Shown: in pieces, positions 1-10,018 of the stretch | Layout of the letters: each line of letters begins with the position of its first letter | How positions within the stretch are numbered: position 1 is the stretch's first letter | Origin: Candidatus Nanopelagicales bacterium | GTDB lineage: Bacteria > Actinomycetota > Actinomycetes > S36-B12 > UBA10799 | Reading direction: 5' to 3' | DNA length: 64,000 nt | Assembly: GCA_037045455.1 (NCBI GenBank) | Contig: JBAOIN010000006.1 | Coordinates: forward strand, 128,116-192,115 | The notes under the pieces: model-generated | What the model was told of the DNA's origin: nothing | What the model saw: the letters and a program-made list of their open reading frames with translations, nothing else | Database searches by the model: none | Translations under genes and position numbers: made by a program

Positions 1-854
1 ATCAGTGTCGAGGTAGTCGCGGTACTTCCCCTGACCGTCGAACTCGATTCCCAAGGGCAGCCCGTCGACGCCCAAGTCGATGCGAGCCAGCAGATGGCCA
101 AGGTGATCGCGGACCTCAACCTGTGGGGTTACGGCCACGCCGGCATCGACACAGATGAGGCGGGCGCGCGTTTCACCCACACTCTCCGCTCGCCCGTCGG
201 CCAGCGCAACGACGGTGCGAGCTCTCGAGATACCCCATGCCTGACCGCTCGTTGAGAGCGCCTCCTGCAATTGCTCGGCAGTAACCCGCCTCATGTGAAG
301 CGCATAGTCCGCCATGACCACGGCCGTATCGCGGGATTGGGTGCGTGCACAATCGATCAGCGTTCGGTCAACCGGCGTCACGGGCACGCCGTTGACCTGA
401 ACCGGAGTCGCCCTCGCGAGGCGGTGGATCTGCGTACCGGCCCGAATCCCGCCGTGGCCCGGGCCGGTGCAACTCAGGTGGACAACTGAGAGGTCAGGAC
501 GGTGGAGTGGCAGGCGATGTACCGACGGCTGCCGAAACATGGCTAGCAATCAGCACCCGGATGAACCCTGAGCGCGGCGATGGTCCGCAGGAAATGCAGG
601 TGCTGAGGGTTCCTGGGTCGCTCCACCGAGTACACCCCATGGCCGATTCTGAAGAGGTGACGCAGCACCGCTCGTGCGCCGTTCCGGTCGAAGCCCATGG
701 CGGTTACATCACGCGTCAGGATCACGCCGTTCTGGGACTGGGCAAGAGCACGAAGTTCGTCGATCATCCAGCCAGCCTGCGCCGGTCCGCACCCCCTCAA
801 CGGCCAATCCACAGCCAGGCTCACCGTCCGAGCCCCAATGTTCACTTCGCCCAC
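1..854 (-). pseudogene. AbiEi_4-N / DUF559-type (restriction-endonuclease-like fold) protein; disrupted and running off the left edge
   Basis: ORF 543-854 gives a wHTH-like N-terminus (GVILTRDVTAMGFDRNGARAVLRHLFRIGHGVYSV). My hand translation of the minus strand from 540 to 1 gives VHRLPLHRPDLSVVHLSCTGPG...VNGVPVTPVDRTLIDCAR...AESVGETRARLICVDAGVAVTPQVEV...LGIEFDGQGKYRDYLDTD. A short third-frame piece (VLIASHVSAAV) bridges the two. That implies at least two frame changes near 515-556. No stop is reached before position 1. Confidence 0.6.
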
Positions 855-900
855 AGACCCTTCGGGCTAGAAGTGAGCAAACAGGCCAGGACAGTAACGA

Positions 901-1084
901 ACGGTGCCCGCCCCCATCGAGGGGACGGGCACGGCTCCAAACCACAAACAACGGTGCCCGCCCCCATCGAGGGGACGGGCCCGGCTCCAAACCACAAACA
1001 ACGGTGCCCGCCCCCATCGAGGGGACGGGCCCGACTCCTAAACCACAAAAACGGTGCCCGCCCCCATCGAGGGGCGGGCACCGT
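901..1084. repeat. 50-bp tandem repeat, about 3.7 copies; each unit carries a GC-rich hairpin
   Basis: The unit acggtgcccgcccccatcgaggggacgggcNcggctccaaaccacaaaca starts at 901, 951 and 1001, with a partial copy at 1051. Copies 1-3 have a bulged stem. The last copy (1051-1084) is a perfect palindrome, acggtgcccgcccc-atcga-ggggcgggcaccgt. Confidence 0.9.
1045..1084 (-). terminator. Rho-independent terminator of the substrate-binding-protein gene
   Basis: A perfect 14-bp stem lies at 1051-1084, 14 nt after the stop at 1098. On the minus strand it is followed by TTTT (plus-strand aaaa at 1047-1050). Confidence 0.65.
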
Positions 1085-1097
1085 CATCCGAACCAGA

Positions 1098-2384
1098 TCA
1101 GCCCTGCGAGGCGTCCGGCACGTCACCTTCTTCTTGCTTCTCGAAGGTGTAGGTGTTCTCGGGACCGTACTTGTAGACGCCCATGATTGCCTTGCTCGGG
1201 TCGCCCACATCGTTGAGGTCGATCGGACCGGACTGACCGTCGTAGTCGGCGTCCTTCCCGTCCTTGATCAGCTTCAGGCAGTCGGCGTAGGTGGTGCACT
1301 TCTCACCGTCGGCCGAAACCGCCTTGATGTTGTCGGCGATCGCAGTGCCGCTGTCGTTGCCGGCAGCCTCGGCGGCCAGCGCGACGAGGATCGTTGCGTC
1401 ATAGGCTTCCGGACCGTAGGAGAAGTCCTCGAGCTTCGGGTCGACTCCCAGCAATTGCTTGCGGAACTCGTCGCTTGCCTGAGCACCCGGCAGGGTGCCC
1501 TGCGTGCCCTCCATGGTGCCCTTCGGCAGATCCACGTACGCGGTGTTGGACAGGTTGCCGTCCACCAGGTACAGCGGAACGTCCTTGGGCCCGATGCCCT
1601 GCTTGATCATCTCCTGGATGACCTTCACGGACTCGTCGAAGCCGATCAGCGTGATGGCCTCGGGGTTGGCCGCCTTGGCCTCGGAGACCTCGGCCTCGAA
1701 GGACGTCGCCTTGGGGTCGTAGATCTGCTTGGAGACAACCTGGCCACCGGCAGCGGTGAAGGCCTTCTCCACGTTGTCGGCAAGACCAGTGCCGTACGCG
1801 TCGTCCAGCGCCAGGATGGCGAGGGTCGAGTGTCCGTCACCGGCCACCAGGTCACCACTGACCTGACCCTGGAACGTGTCCGGCGGAGCGGTACGGGCGT
1901 ACAGACCCTTGTCCGGGTAGGTGGAGAACTCCGGCGAGGTGTTCGCCGGGCTGACCTGCTGAACGCCTGCGCTGGTGATCTTGTCGATCACGGTCAGCGA
2001 GACCGAGCTGGACGCGGCGCCGATGATGGCATCGACGCCCTGCGACAGTTGCCGGTCAACGGTCTGCGAGGCGATGTTCGTGGACGTGTCACCGGAGTCA
2101 CCGATGACGACGTCAACGTCCTTGCCCAGCACACCGCCAGCGGCGTTGATGTCCTTGGCGGCGAGGTTGACACCGGCGAACTCGGGCGGCCCGAGGAAGG
2201 CGAGCGAACCCGTCTGCGGCAGCAAGGTGCCGATCTTCAGGGCGCCGTCGCCCTGGGCGACAGATGTCTCTGCGGAAGGACTCGCGCTCGTGTCCGACGA
2301 ACCGTCACCGCTGCTGCACGCAGACAATGCCAGGCTCGCCGCACCCACGACCACGAGCGACCGCAGAATGGTCGATCGGGACAT
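1098..2384 (-). CDS. ABC transporter substrate-binding lipoprotein, branched-chain amino acid (LivJ/LivK, type I PBP) family
   Basis: The lipoprotein signal MSRSTILRSLVVVGAASLALSAC starts at the ATG at 2384 (residue 72 of ORF 1098-2597). The body has typical Leu/Ile/Val-binding PBP1 motifs (IGTLLPQTGSLAFLGPPEFAGVNLAAKDINAAGGVLG). Confidence 0.85.
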   Translation of the reverse strand: MSRSTILRSLVVVGAASLALSACSSGDGSSDTSASPSAETSVAQGDGALKIGTLLPQTGSLAFLGPPEFAGVNLAAKDINAAGGVLGKDVDVVIGDSGDTSTNIASQTVDRQLSQGVDAIIGAASSSVSLTVIDKITSAGVQQVSPANTSPEFSTYPDKGLYARTAPPDTFQGQVSGDLVAGDGHSTLAILALDDAYGTGLADNVEKAFTAAGGQVVSKQIYDPKATSFEAEVSEAKAANPEAITLIGFDESVKVIQEMIKQGIGPKDVPLYLVDGNLSNTAYVDLPKGTMEGTQGTLPGAQASDEFRKQLLGVDPKLEDFSYGPEAYDATILVALAAEAAGNDSGTAIADNIKAVSADGEKCTTYADCLKLIKDGKDADYDGQSGPIDLNDVGDPSKAIMGVYKYGPENTYTFEKQEEGDVPDASQG

Positions 2385-2521
2385 ATATGACCCCTCTTTG
2401 TGTGTGCGTAAGTCGACACGTTGTCGTGCCGGTGGGTTAACAATACGCAAAGCCGGGCTCTGGGCAAGGTAATTGGGGGCATGTTGCGCTTCCGTGATCG
2501 ACATTCCACGAGTCGGAAAAG

Positions 2522-3091
2522 CTAGGGAGCCTCCAGCGTGCGACGAGCAACCTCGACCAGCGGCAGCCGCTGATCCATGGCAGCGGTCCGCAACCATGTG
2601 TACGCCTCGTCCTCCGACAGGCGCAACCGTTGCTGCACCACTCCTCGCGCCCGCTCGATGGTCTTGCGATCAGCCAGGCTCTGCGCGAGTTCCCGGGAGC
2701 GCTGCTGCTCGGCATGCAACTGCTGGTGGCGCTGGTGCGCCACGGTCAGCGCAGCCCGCAGTTCCTCGGGTTTGAACGGCTTCACGAGATAGCCCATCGC
2801 GCCAGCCGCGACCGCCCGCTGAATGAGTTCGGGCTGGCTGAAGGCCGTGAGCATGACGACCGCCGTGGAACGCAACTCCAGGATCTCCGAGGCAGCCGCC
2901 AGGCCGTCGGTGTCAGGCATCTTCACATCGAGCAACGCGACGTCCGGGCGCAGTTCCGACGCCGCTGACACCGCGCGCCGCCCATCGGCCACAGCCGCGA
3001 CCACCCGGAAACCGAGTTCCTCCAGCGTCTCCACGAGGTCCATGCGGATTAGCGCTTCGTCCTCGGCCACGAGCACGGTCAAGGCCTCCAT
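2522..3091 (-). CDS. pdtaR: ANTAR-domain response regulator (PdtaR-like antiterminator)
   Basis: 189 aa. The REC domain (VLVAEDEALIRMDLVETLEELGF...LLDVKMPDTDGL) is followed by an ANTAR helix region (LADRKTIERARGVVQQRLRLSEDEAYTWLRTAAMDQRLPLVEVA). Confidence 0.9.
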   Translation of the reverse strand: MEALTVLVAEDEALIRMDLVETLEELGFRVVAAVADGRRAVSAASELRPDVALLDVKMPDTDGLAAASEILELRSTAVVMLTAFSQPELIQRAVAAGAMGYLVKPFKPEELRAALTVAHQRHQQLHAEQQRSRELAQSLADRKTIERARGVVQQRLRLSEDEAYTWLRTAAMDQRLPLVEVARRTLEAP

Positions 3092-3131
3092 ACCCCAAGC
3101 CTAGAAAGCCCCGATACCATCGGAACGCATT

Positions 3132-3205
3132 GCCCTCGTAGACCAACCGGCAGAGTCACAGGCCTCAAAATCCTGGCAGTGTGGGTTCGAATCCCACCGA
3201 GGGCA
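3132..3205 (+). tRNA. tRNA, anticodon CAA (Leu by anticodon), atypical because it has only a 5-nt variable region
   Basis: Hand-folded cloverleaf. The 7-bp acceptor stem is perfect (gccctcg 3132-3138 with cgagggc 3198-3204) and the discriminator is A3205. The D-stem is 3 bp with a GG-containing loop. The anticodon stem is caggc/tcctg (one C.T mismatch) with loop cTCAAaa (3164-3170). The T-arm is gtggg-ttcgaat-cccac (3181-3197). CCA is not encoded. Confidence 0.6.
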
Positions 3206-3379
3206 CCCAAACCGCCACCCGCGATCCTTCGTCGGTGAACGAGAGGGCGCCCCCGCACGACCAACCTCTAGAGTGCAAACCTCGAAGGTCGCTTGAGCCG
3301 TTCCAGTCCATCACTCACAGAAATCTCACAACCGCGACCCGATCCGTCAAGCATTGCGGACTACCATCGCGGCAACCCG

Positions 3380-3788
3380 CTACTCCCGGCCGATCCGGTC
3401 CTTCACCGCGTTGACCTGGGCCAAGACCCCGTTGATGTACTTGCCCGACTCGTCGGTGCTCAATTCGTTGGCCAGGTCCACGGCCTCGGCCAGCGCAACC
3501 GCCTCCGGCACCTCGCCCCAGAGCAGTTCCCACGTGCCGATCCGCAGGATGGCACGGTCCACGGGCGGCATTCGGTCCAACGTCCACCCCTGGGCGTAGG
3601 TCGACAGCGTCTCGTCGATCCGCTCCTGATGCTCGACAACCCCGCGCACGATCTGCTCGGTGTACGGGTTGATGGACTGCAGGCGGGACCCCAAGCGAGG
3701 CCATGCCGGCGTCGGCATCCTCACCACGCAGGTCGACCTCGTACAGGACTTCAACTGCCCGGCGGCGGGCCTTGGTGCGGGCGGACAC
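3380..3788 (-). pseudogene. nusB: Transcription antitermination factor NusB, with one +1 frame disruption as assembled
   Basis: The N-terminus [33 protein letters not shown] is in one frame. It starts at the GTG at 3788, which overlaps the efp stop. The rest (LGSRLQSINPYTEQIVRGVVEHQERIDETLSTYAQGWTLDRMPPVDRAILRIGTWELLW, ORF 3380-3754) is in the next frame. The junction is at the CCCC run 3689-3692. The span is 409 nt (3n+1). Confidence 0.85.
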
Positions 3789-4351
3789 TACCCCGTCACG
3801 CGTCCGAGGTAGGAACCGTCGCGCGTGTCGACCTTGATCTTCTCGCCGTTCTCCAGGAACAGCGGAACCTGCACCTCGGCGCCGGTCTCCAGGCGCGCGG
3901 GCTTGGTGCCCCCGGTGGAGCGGTCGCCCTGCAGACCAGGCTCGGTGTACTCGATGACCAGTTCGACGCTGGCGGGAAGTTCGATGTACAGCGGAGTGCC
4001 GTCGTGCATCGCGACGATCGCCTCCTGATTCTCCAGGAGGTATTTCTGGGCATCGCCGACTGTGGCCGCCGAGACGGGCACCTGGTCGTAAGTGCTCGCG
4101 TCCATGAAGATGAAGTCGGTGCCGTCGTTGTACAGGTAGCTCATCTGCCGCTTGTCGACGTTGGCGGTCTCCACCTTGACGCCGGCGTTGAACGTGCGGT
4201 CCACGACCTTGCCGCTCAGCACGTTCTTCAGCTTGGTGCGCACGAAGGCGCCGCCCTTGCCGGGCTTGACATGCTGGAACTCCACCACCGACCACAGTTG
4301 TCCGTCGATGTTGAGCACCAGGCCATTCTTCAAGTCGTTGGTCGTCGCCAC
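3788..4351 (-). CDS. efp: Elongation factor P
   Basis: 187 aa: [54 protein letters not shown]... Confidence 0.97.
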   Translation of the reverse strand: MATTNDLKNGLVLNIDGQLWSVVEFQHVKPGKGGAFVRTKLKNVLSGKVVDRTFNAGVKVETANVDKRQMSYLYNDGTDFIFMDASTYDQVPVSAATVGDAQKYLLENQEAIVAMHDGTPLYIELPASVELVIEYTEPGLQGDRSTGGTKPARLETGAEVQVPLFLENGEKIKVDTRDGSYLGRVTG

Positions 4352-4361
4352 GTCGTCATTC

Positions 4362-5432
4362 CTATCCGATCCTCGCGAGGTCGCGAGGGAACTCTGTGAG
4401 GATCACGACGCCGTCATCGGTCACCAGCACGGTGTCTTCGATGCGGACCCCGCCCCGGTCGGGCAGGTAGATCCCCGGCTCCACGGTGAGTGGAACGCCT
4501 GCGTCCACGGTATCGGGCGAGCTGGCGCCGAGGAACGGCACCTCGTGGATCTCCAAGCCCACACCGTGCCCCGTCCCGTGGCCGAAGTACTCGCCGAAGC
4601 CCGCCTCCTCGATCACGGCGCGGGCAGCAGCATCGACCGTCGCTCCCGTCACACCGGGGGCCAGCGCCGAGATGCCGGCCGCCTGTGCGCGCTCGACGAC
4701 CTCGTGAATCTCGGCCTGCCAGTCTTCGGGTTCCGCGGCCACGATGAACGTGCGCGTGCAGTCCGCGTGGTAGCCATCGAACAGCGCACCGAAGTCGATC
4801 TTGAGCAGGTCACCCACGGCGATGGGACGCTCGGTGGGCTGGTGGTGCGGGATCGCGCTGTGCGGGCCTGCGGCCACGATGCTGTCGAACGCCCGGTCCG
4901 GCGCGCCGTGCAGTCCCATCAGCAGTTCCAGCTCGCGGGCCACCTGGATCTCGGTCTTGCCCAGCAGTGGGGTGGAAACCAGCTCGGCCAGGGCATCGGC
5001 GCTGATCCGGCAGGCCGTTCGCAGGGCGGCCAGTTCGGCGGAATCCTTGACCTTCCGCAAGCCGCTCGCCGCGACCTTCACGGGCACAAGTTCCACGCCG
5101 GGCACGTCGTCGCCAGCCCGCCGCCAGGCGGCCACGGTCAGCAATGCGGCGTCGAACCCGACGTGGCTCACTCCCCGTTCCCGCACCCAGCCGAGCAGAT
5201 CCGCGACGAGTCGCCGAGTGATGACCAGATCGACACCGGGTGCTTCGGAGGCGGCCTGCGTCCTGTAACGGCCGTCCGTGGCCAGGGCTGCGGAGTCACC
5301 AGTGACGAGCAGGGCACCGTTGGAGCCGGAGAACCCGCAGAAGTACCGCACATCCGCCAGGTCAGTCACGAGGAAGGCGCGGCAGCGCGCCGCAGCCATC
5401 AGTTCCCGCAACCGATCCAGGCGTGCGTTCAT
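4362..5432 (-). CDS. pepQ: Xaa-Pro aminopeptidase / dipeptidase, M24 family
   Basis: 356 aa with M24 metal-ligand motifs ([42 protein letters not shown]). It lies in the conserved position between efp and aroQ. Confidence 0.9.
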   Translation of the reverse strand: MNARLDRLRELMAAARCRAFLVTDLADVRYFCGFSGSNGALLVTGDSAALATDGRYRTQAASEAPGVDLVITRRLVADLLGWVRERGVSHVGFDAALLTVAAWRRAGDDVPGVELVPVKVAASGLRKVKDSAELAALRTACRISADALAELVSTPLLGKTEIQVARELELLMGLHGAPDRAFDSIVAAGPHSAIPHHQPTERPIAVGDLLKIDFGALFDGYHADCTRTFIVAAEPEDWQAEIHEVVERAQAAGISALAPGVTGATVDAAARAVIEEAGFGEYFGHGTGHGVGLEIHEVPFLGASSPDTVDAGVPLTVEPGIYLPDRGGVRIEDTVLVTDDGVVILTEFPRDLARIG

Positions 5433-5857
5433 GCCTGCGCCAGCAGCGCGTCCAGGGCCAACAGGTAGCCGGTCACGCCGAACCCGGCGATCGTGCCGGT
5501 GGCCACCCCGGCGATCACCGAAGTGTGCCGGAACTCCTCGCGCGCTGCGGGATTGGACAGGTGGACCTCGATCAGCGGCGCCCGCAGCTGCGCGGCGGCA
5601 TCGCGCACGCCGTAGCTGTAGTGCGTGAAGGCGGCCGGGTTCAGCACAACCGGCATCGCGGCATCCGCCGCCTCGTGCAGCCAGCCGATGAGTTCCGCCT
5701 CGCTGTCGGTCTGCCGCACATCCGCCTCGATGCCGCGACTCGCGCCGTACTCGGCGACCATCTGCCGCAACTGCGGCCAGGTGGTGGTCCCGTAGACGTC
5801 AGGCTCGCGGGTACCCAGGCGGGACAGGTTCGGCCCGTTGAGGACCAGCACCTTCAC
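5429..5857 (-). CDS. aroQ: Type II 3-dehydroquinate dehydratase
   Basis: 142 aa: [23 protein letters not shown]...[19 protein letters not shown]. Confidence 0.95.
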   Translation of the reverse strand: MKVLVLNGPNLSRLGTREPDVYGTTTWPQLRQMVAEYGASRGIEADVRQTDSEAELIGWLHEAADAAMPVVLNPAAFTHYSYGVRDAAAQLRAPLIEVHLSNPAAREEFRHTSVIAGVATGTIAGFGVTGYLLALDALLAQA

Positions 5858-6933
5858 GAGTGCACCTGCGCGTAGGCAGCCGCGACCAGCGCGGGGTCGG
5901 GGCCGACGAGGATCTCCGGATGCGCCACAGCCGACAGTATGACGAATCGCAGCGTGTCACCGCGGGTCTTCTTGTCCCGGCGCATTGCATCCAGCAGCGG
6001 CGGGAAGCCCCCGTCGTAGGAGATCGGCAGCCCGACCGAGGCGAGTACCTCGCGGTGCAGGTCCACGACGTCGTCAGAAAGCCGGCCCGCCAACCGGGCG
6101 AGTTCGGCAACGTAGACCATTCCCACCGCGATGGCCGGGCCGTGCCGCCAGCGATACCGCTCGTTGAGTTCGATGGCATGGCCCATGGTGTGGCCGTAGT
6201 TCAGGACCTCGCGGCCCAGCGTTGCGTTGAGCGATTCCCGCAGGTCACCTGCCACTACGTCGGCCTTGACCTGGACGGATCGCCGGATCACATCCTCCAG
6301 GGCGGGCGACGCCGGATCGAGGATCGCTTGCGGGTCCTGCTCTACCCGGTGCAGGATCACGGGGTCGGCGATGAAGCCGCACTTGATGACCTCGGCCATG
6401 CCCGAGATCATCTCGGCACGGGGCAGTTCGTCCAGCGTGTCGAGGTCGCAGATCACGGCCGCGGGTTCGTGGAAACTGCCCACCAGATTCTTGCCGGCAG
6501 CAGTGTTGATCCCCGTCTTTCCACCGACCGCCGCGTCGACCATGGCCAGCAGGGTGGTCGGCACCTGCACAATCGGCACCCCGCGCAGCCAGGTCGCCGC
6601 CACAAAGCCGGCCAAGTCCGTGGTGCTGCCTCCGCCGACCGCGACGATCGCATCCGAGCGCGTGAAACCGTTCTCGCCCAGCACTGACCAGCAGTAGTTG
6701 AGGACGTCGACGCTCTTGGCGTCTTCAGCATCGGGGATCTCGATCGAGATGGCGTTGGGCAGATCCGCGCGGATCTGCTCGCCGGTTGCACGGAGTGCCC
6801 GGGGGTGGATGACGGCAACCCTGGTCGCCGACTCCGGGACACTGCTGGCGAGTGTGTCGAACAGGCCATGACCTATGTGCACCAGGTAGGGCGAGCCGGT
6901 CGGTACCTCGATCGCCGTCATCGTGTCTCCCAC
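5854..6933 (-). CDS. aroB: 3-dehydroquinate synthase
   Basis: 359 aa: [47 protein letters not shown]; [10 protein letters not shown]. Confidence 0.95.
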   Translation of the reverse strand: MGDTMTAIEVPTGSPYLVHIGHGLFDTLASSVPESATRVAVIHPRALRATGEQIRADLPNAISIEIPDAEDAKSVDVLNYCWSVLGENGFTRSDAIVAVGGGSTTDLAGFVAATWLRGVPIVQVPTTLLAMVDAAVGGKTGINTAAGKNLVGSFHEPAAVICDLDTLDELPRAEMISGMAEVIKCGFIADPVILHRVEQDPQAILDPASPALEDVIRRSVQVKADVVAGDLRESLNATLGREVLNYGHTMGHAIELNERYRWRHGPAIAVGMVYVAELARLAGRLSDDVVDLHREVLASVGLPISYDGGFPPLLDAMRRDKKTRGDTLRFVILSAVAHPEILVGPDPALVAAAYAQVHS

Positions 6934-7403
6934 TTCTCGATCTCGTCGACCACTTCCGGCGGGGTGCGGCCGTCGGTCAGGACGCGCAGATCAGCCACTG
7001 ACTCGTACACCGCCGCCCGCTCCTGCAGCATCTGGTGCAGTTGCGCCCGCACGTTACCCATGGACATCGGACGCATGCCGGAGAGGCCGGTGCGCCGGGC
7101 CGCTTCGGCGAGACCAATCTCCAGCCACACCACGGGCACGTCGCGTAATGCTTGCAGAACAGGGGCGGTGGTGGCGCCACTGCCGACCGCGACAACTGCA
7201 TCGGTTTCGGCGAGCGCCGCGAGCACGAGCGCCTCCTCGGCCTGCCGGAACGCAGGTTCGTCCTCGATGATCGCCTCGGACACCGGCGAACCGTAGTCGA
7301 TGTCTGTGTCGCGAATCGGGCATTGCCAGCGCTGGGCAAGTTCTGCGGCAACGCTGGACTTGCCTGAACCCGGGGCGCCGACCAGCGCCAACCGGGCTCT
7401 CAC
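6918..7403 (-). CDS. aroK: Shikimate kinase
   Basis: 161 aa with the P-loop [13 protein letters not shown]. It lies between aroC and aroB. Confidence 0.92.
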   Translation of the reverse strand: MRARLALVGAPGSGKSSVAAELAQRWQCPIRDTDIDYGSPVSEAIIEDEPAFRQAEEALVLAALAETDAVVAVGSGATTAPVLQALRDVPVVWLEIGLAEAARRTGLSGMRPMSMGNVRAQLHQMLQERAAVYESVADLRVLTDGRTPPEVVDEIEKWETR

Positions 7404-8587
7404 GCCGGTTCCGGCTCGTCCGACAGGCTCTGCAGGTACGCGTCGAGGTTACGGCTGACCTCGGTGAGGCTGTCGCCGCCGGTCTTCTCCAGCAGGGCAT
7501 CGGCGAGTACCAGGGCGACCATCGCCTCGGCGATCACCCCGGCCGCCGGGACTGCACAGGCATCGCTGCGCTGGTTGATCGCAGTCGCCGCCTCTCCGGT
7601 GGCCGTGTCGATGGTGCGCAGCGCGCGCGGCACGGTGCTGATGGGCTTCATCGCCGCGCGCACCCGCAACGGCTGACCGGTGGACATGCCGCCCTCGGTC
7701 CCGCCGCTGTGCGCCGTTTCCCGCACGATCCGGCCGGCGATCTTGAAGATCTCGTCTTGCGCCTTGGACCCGCGCATGGCAGCCAAGTCGAAGCCATCAC
7801 CGACCTCCACGCCTTTGATCGCCTGGATGCCCATGAGCGCCGCGGCCAGCCGCGCGTCGAGCCGGCGGTCGGAGTGCACGTAACTGCCCAAGCCGGGCGG
7901 CACGCCTTCGGCGATCACCTCGATCACACCGCCCAGGGTGTCGGCATCGGCTTTGGCAGCGTCGATCTCCGCGACCATCGCCTCGCCGATCTCGGGCACG
8001 GCGCAGCGGACCGGATCGGCGTCGATGGCGGCCAGATCGGCATAAGTGGGCGGCGGGGCATCGCTGGCCACTGCACCCACCCGCACCACGTGGCTGAACA
8101 CGTGTACTCCGGCTGCCTGTTCCAGCAGTGCCTTTGCTATCGCACCCAGGGCGACGCGGGCGGCGGTCTCCCGGGCACTGGCGCGCTCCAGAACCGGTCG
8201 TGCGTCATCAAAGGCGTACTTCTGCATCCCCACCAGGTCCGCATGACCGGGCCGGGGACGAGTCAACGGTGCGTTGCGCGCGAGCTTGGCGAGGACCGCA
8301 GCGTCGACGGGGTCCGGCGACATCACCTGTTCCCACCTCGGCCACTCGGAGTTGCCGATCTGCACTGCGATGGGGCCGCCCTGGGTCTGGCCGTGCCGGA
8401 TCCCGCCGAGCAACGACACGACGTCTGCCTCGAACTTCTGCCGCGCTCCGCGGCCATACCCCAGGCGCCTGCGAGCAAGCGCGGCGCCGACATCGGCTGT
8501 GGTGACAGCGACCCCGGCGGGCATTCCCTCCAGGACTGCGGTCAACACCGGGCCGTGGGACTCCCCGGCCGTGATCCACCTGAGCAT
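7400..8587 (-). CDS. aroC: Chorismate synthase
   Basis: The conserved N-terminus [13 protein letters not shown] starts at the ATG at 8587 (residue 10 of ORF 7400-8614). Motifs include [14 protein letters not shown] and [17 protein letters not shown]. Confidence 0.95.
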   Translation of the reverse strand: MLRWITAGESHGPVLTAVLEGMPAGVAVTTADVGAALARRRLGYGRGARQKFEADVVSLLGGIRHGQTQGGPIAVQIGNSEWPRWEQVMSPDPVDAAVLAKLARNAPLTRPRPGHADLVGMQKYAFDDARPVLERASARETAARVALGAIAKALLEQAAGVHVFSHVVRVGAVASDAPPPTYADLAAIDADPVRCAVPEIGEAMVAEIDAAKADADTLGGVIEVIAEGVPPGLGSYVHSDRRLDARLAAALMGIQAIKGVEVGDGFDLAAMRGSKAQDEIFKIAGRIVRETAHSGGTEGGMSTGQPLRVRAAMKPISTVPRALRTIDTATGEAATAINQRSDACAVPAAGVIAEAMVALVLADALLEKTGGDSLTEVSRNLDAYLQSLSDEPEPA

Positions 8588-8610
8588 GTGCCAATCGTGG
8601 CACGCCCGGC

Positions 8611-9327
8611 TCACAAGTCGGCCGTTTCCCCCTCACACACCGTGACTCGGACCTGCTTACTGGCCAGGGCCAGCCAGGCGCAGCCACTGCCGAGTGGGCT
8701 CACGTAGGTCACTCCGGCAGCGTCGGGGACGGACAGGTACAGCGTCTCCTTCTGACCGTTCACGCGGGCTTCCAGCGAGTCGGCCGCGACCGAGACCACC
8801 TTGACCTGGGCGCTGCCCTCCGGGACCGCATCGGCATCGTCCACGGGCTGCGGTGCGACGGGCTTGGGCGTGGCCTTCTTGCCACGGTCGGACTTGTCGT
8901 TGGACTTGCCGTTGGACTTGCCGTTGGAACCACTGTTACCGGGGTCCGCGAAGGTGCCCTTCGACGACGATCCGCCGGTGGTTCCCGAAGGGTTGGTGTC
9001 AGACGATCCGCTACTGGAGGTGCTCTTGTCGGCCTTCGACGCGCTGTCCGTGGTGCTGTCGGCCGACTCCGAAGGCTGGGCCAGCGGTTCGAATGGGTTG
9101 ATCTGGCTGCCGCCAGAGGACGGTTCGAAATTGCCTTCCGCCTGGGTCTGATCGATCTCCGCTTCCGGCGTCGCGGCAGCACTGGGGGTCGCCTGCGGCA
9201 CGGGAGCGGCTTCGGGTTCGCTGGAACCACCGCTGAACAGCATGTAGAGGAAGACGAGCAGGGCAGCTCCCACAGCCACGGTGAGCATGACGACCGCCCG
9301 CTTGTTCTCCTGCACGAAGCTCCCCAT
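8611..9327 (-). CDS. T4P-associated bitopic protein, PilP-like (N-terminal TM helix, Ser/Pro/Gly-rich linker, small C-terminal beta domain)
   Basis: The ATG at 9327 is preceded by GGAGGTG and lies 1 nt after the pilO stop. The protein has a TM segment ([21 protein letters not shown]), a low-complexity linker with [15 protein letters not shown] repeats, and a C-terminal domain ([36 protein letters not shown]). The PilP assignment rests on position and architecture only. Confidence 0.55.
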   Translation of the reverse strand: MGSFVQENKRAVVMLTVAVGAALLVFLYMLFSGGSSEPEAAPVPQATPSAAATPEAEIDQTQAEGNFEPSSGGSQINPFEPLAQPSESADSTTDSASKADKSTSSSGSSDTNPSGTTGGSSSKGTFADPGNSGSNGKSNGKSNDKSDRGKKATPKPVAPQPVDDADAVPEGSAQVKVVSVAADSLEARVNGQKETLYLSVPDAAGVTYVSPLGSGCAWLALASKQVRVTVCEGETADL

Positions 9328-9328
9328 G

Positions 9329-10018
9329 TCAGCCACCTCCCACACTGGCCGGTAGTTGCACGTCTTTGCTGTTCAGCACGAAGACCCGGGCGCTCATCGT
9401 GAACAGCAGCGGCTGCTTCGAGGTGTCATCCGAACGGGTGACGTCCAGGGTCGTGACCAGGAATGCCCGCTGCTGGTGTTCCAGTCGGCTGATCAGGCGC
9501 CTGATCGACGCATAGTCACCCTGGCCGCTCAGCGACAGCGGGACGAAGGCCAGGCCGGCGTTTTTGGGTGCGATCCCCTGGCCGAGATCGCTGGGCGTGG
9601 GTTCTGGAGCCTGGGTCGCGTCCGCGGTCGGACTGGCGGAGTCAGTGGCCGCCGGTGTCGGCTCCGGCACGGAGAACAGCGTGATCTGGCCCGGCTGCAG
9701 GGAGTCGAGTTCGACACCCTCGGCCCGCGCCTCGGCCTGAATCGTGCGCATCAGTACAGGCACGTTCACGTCCTTGGGGATCTTGGCGCGCAGCCGCATA
9801 AGGGCATCGATCTGATCCTGCAGATCCTTCTGCTGCTCGGCGAGCTGCGCTGTCTGCGCCCGGACCCGATCAGTTTGCTCCTGCGTGGTGACGGTGTCGG
9901 CCTCGGCCTGGGCAACGTTGCCGAAGACCGGCCGCAGCATCAGCGCCCAGCCCGCATAGGCGGCCAACAGCACGATGATCAGGCCACCGATCTGCCAGGT
10001 GCGGGGGTTGGTCTTCAT
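9329..10018 (-). CDS. pilO: Type IV pilus assembly protein PilO
   Basis: 229 aa with an N-terminal TM helix, a coiled coil (TQEQTDRVRAQTAQLAEQQKDLQDQIDALMRLRAKIPKD) and a ferredoxin-like C-terminus (VPLSLSGQGDYASIRRLISRLE). It lies directly after pilM-pilN. Confidence 0.8.
   Translation of the reverse strand: MKTNPRTWQIGGLIIVLLAAYAGWALMLRPVFGNVAQAEADTVTTQEQTDRVRAQTAQLAEQQKDLQDQIDALMRLRAKIPKDVNVPVLMRTIQAEARAEGVELDSLQPGQITLFSVPEPTPAATDSASPTADATQAPEPTPSDLGQGIAPKNAGLAFVPLSLSGQGDYASIRRLISRLEHQQRAFLVTTLDVTRSDDTSKQPLLFTMSARVFVLNSKDVQLPASVGGG

Noticed and set aside
901-1084. Possible CRISPR array
   Set aside because: The repeats are contiguous 50-bp units with no unique spacers, there are only about 3.7 copies, and no cas genes are present. 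They fit duplicated terminator hairpins.
901-1084. Hairpins as ANTAR target sites for the neighbouring PdtaR-like regulator
   Set aside because: The loops read CAUCGA on the plus strand and UCGAUG on the minus strand. Neither fits the ANTAR hexaloop rule (A at position 1, G at position 4). The array also lies downstream of the gene, not in a 5' leader.
507-2390. 627-aa plus-strand ORF
   Set aside because: It runs antisense to the well-supported binding-protein gene and reads straight through the 50-bp tandem repeats, which explains its repeated GARPHRG.../PAPIEGTGP peptides. Its composition is Arg/Gly/Val-rich, typical of off-frame high-GC ORFs.
3689-3692. Programmed ribosomal frameshifting in nusB, alaS, thrS, relA and others
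   Set aside because: The sites have no shared slippery heptamer or downstream structure. They occur at simple G/C or A/T runs in many unrelated genes, and none of these genes is known to use recoding. Uniform +1 insertions fit sequence error.
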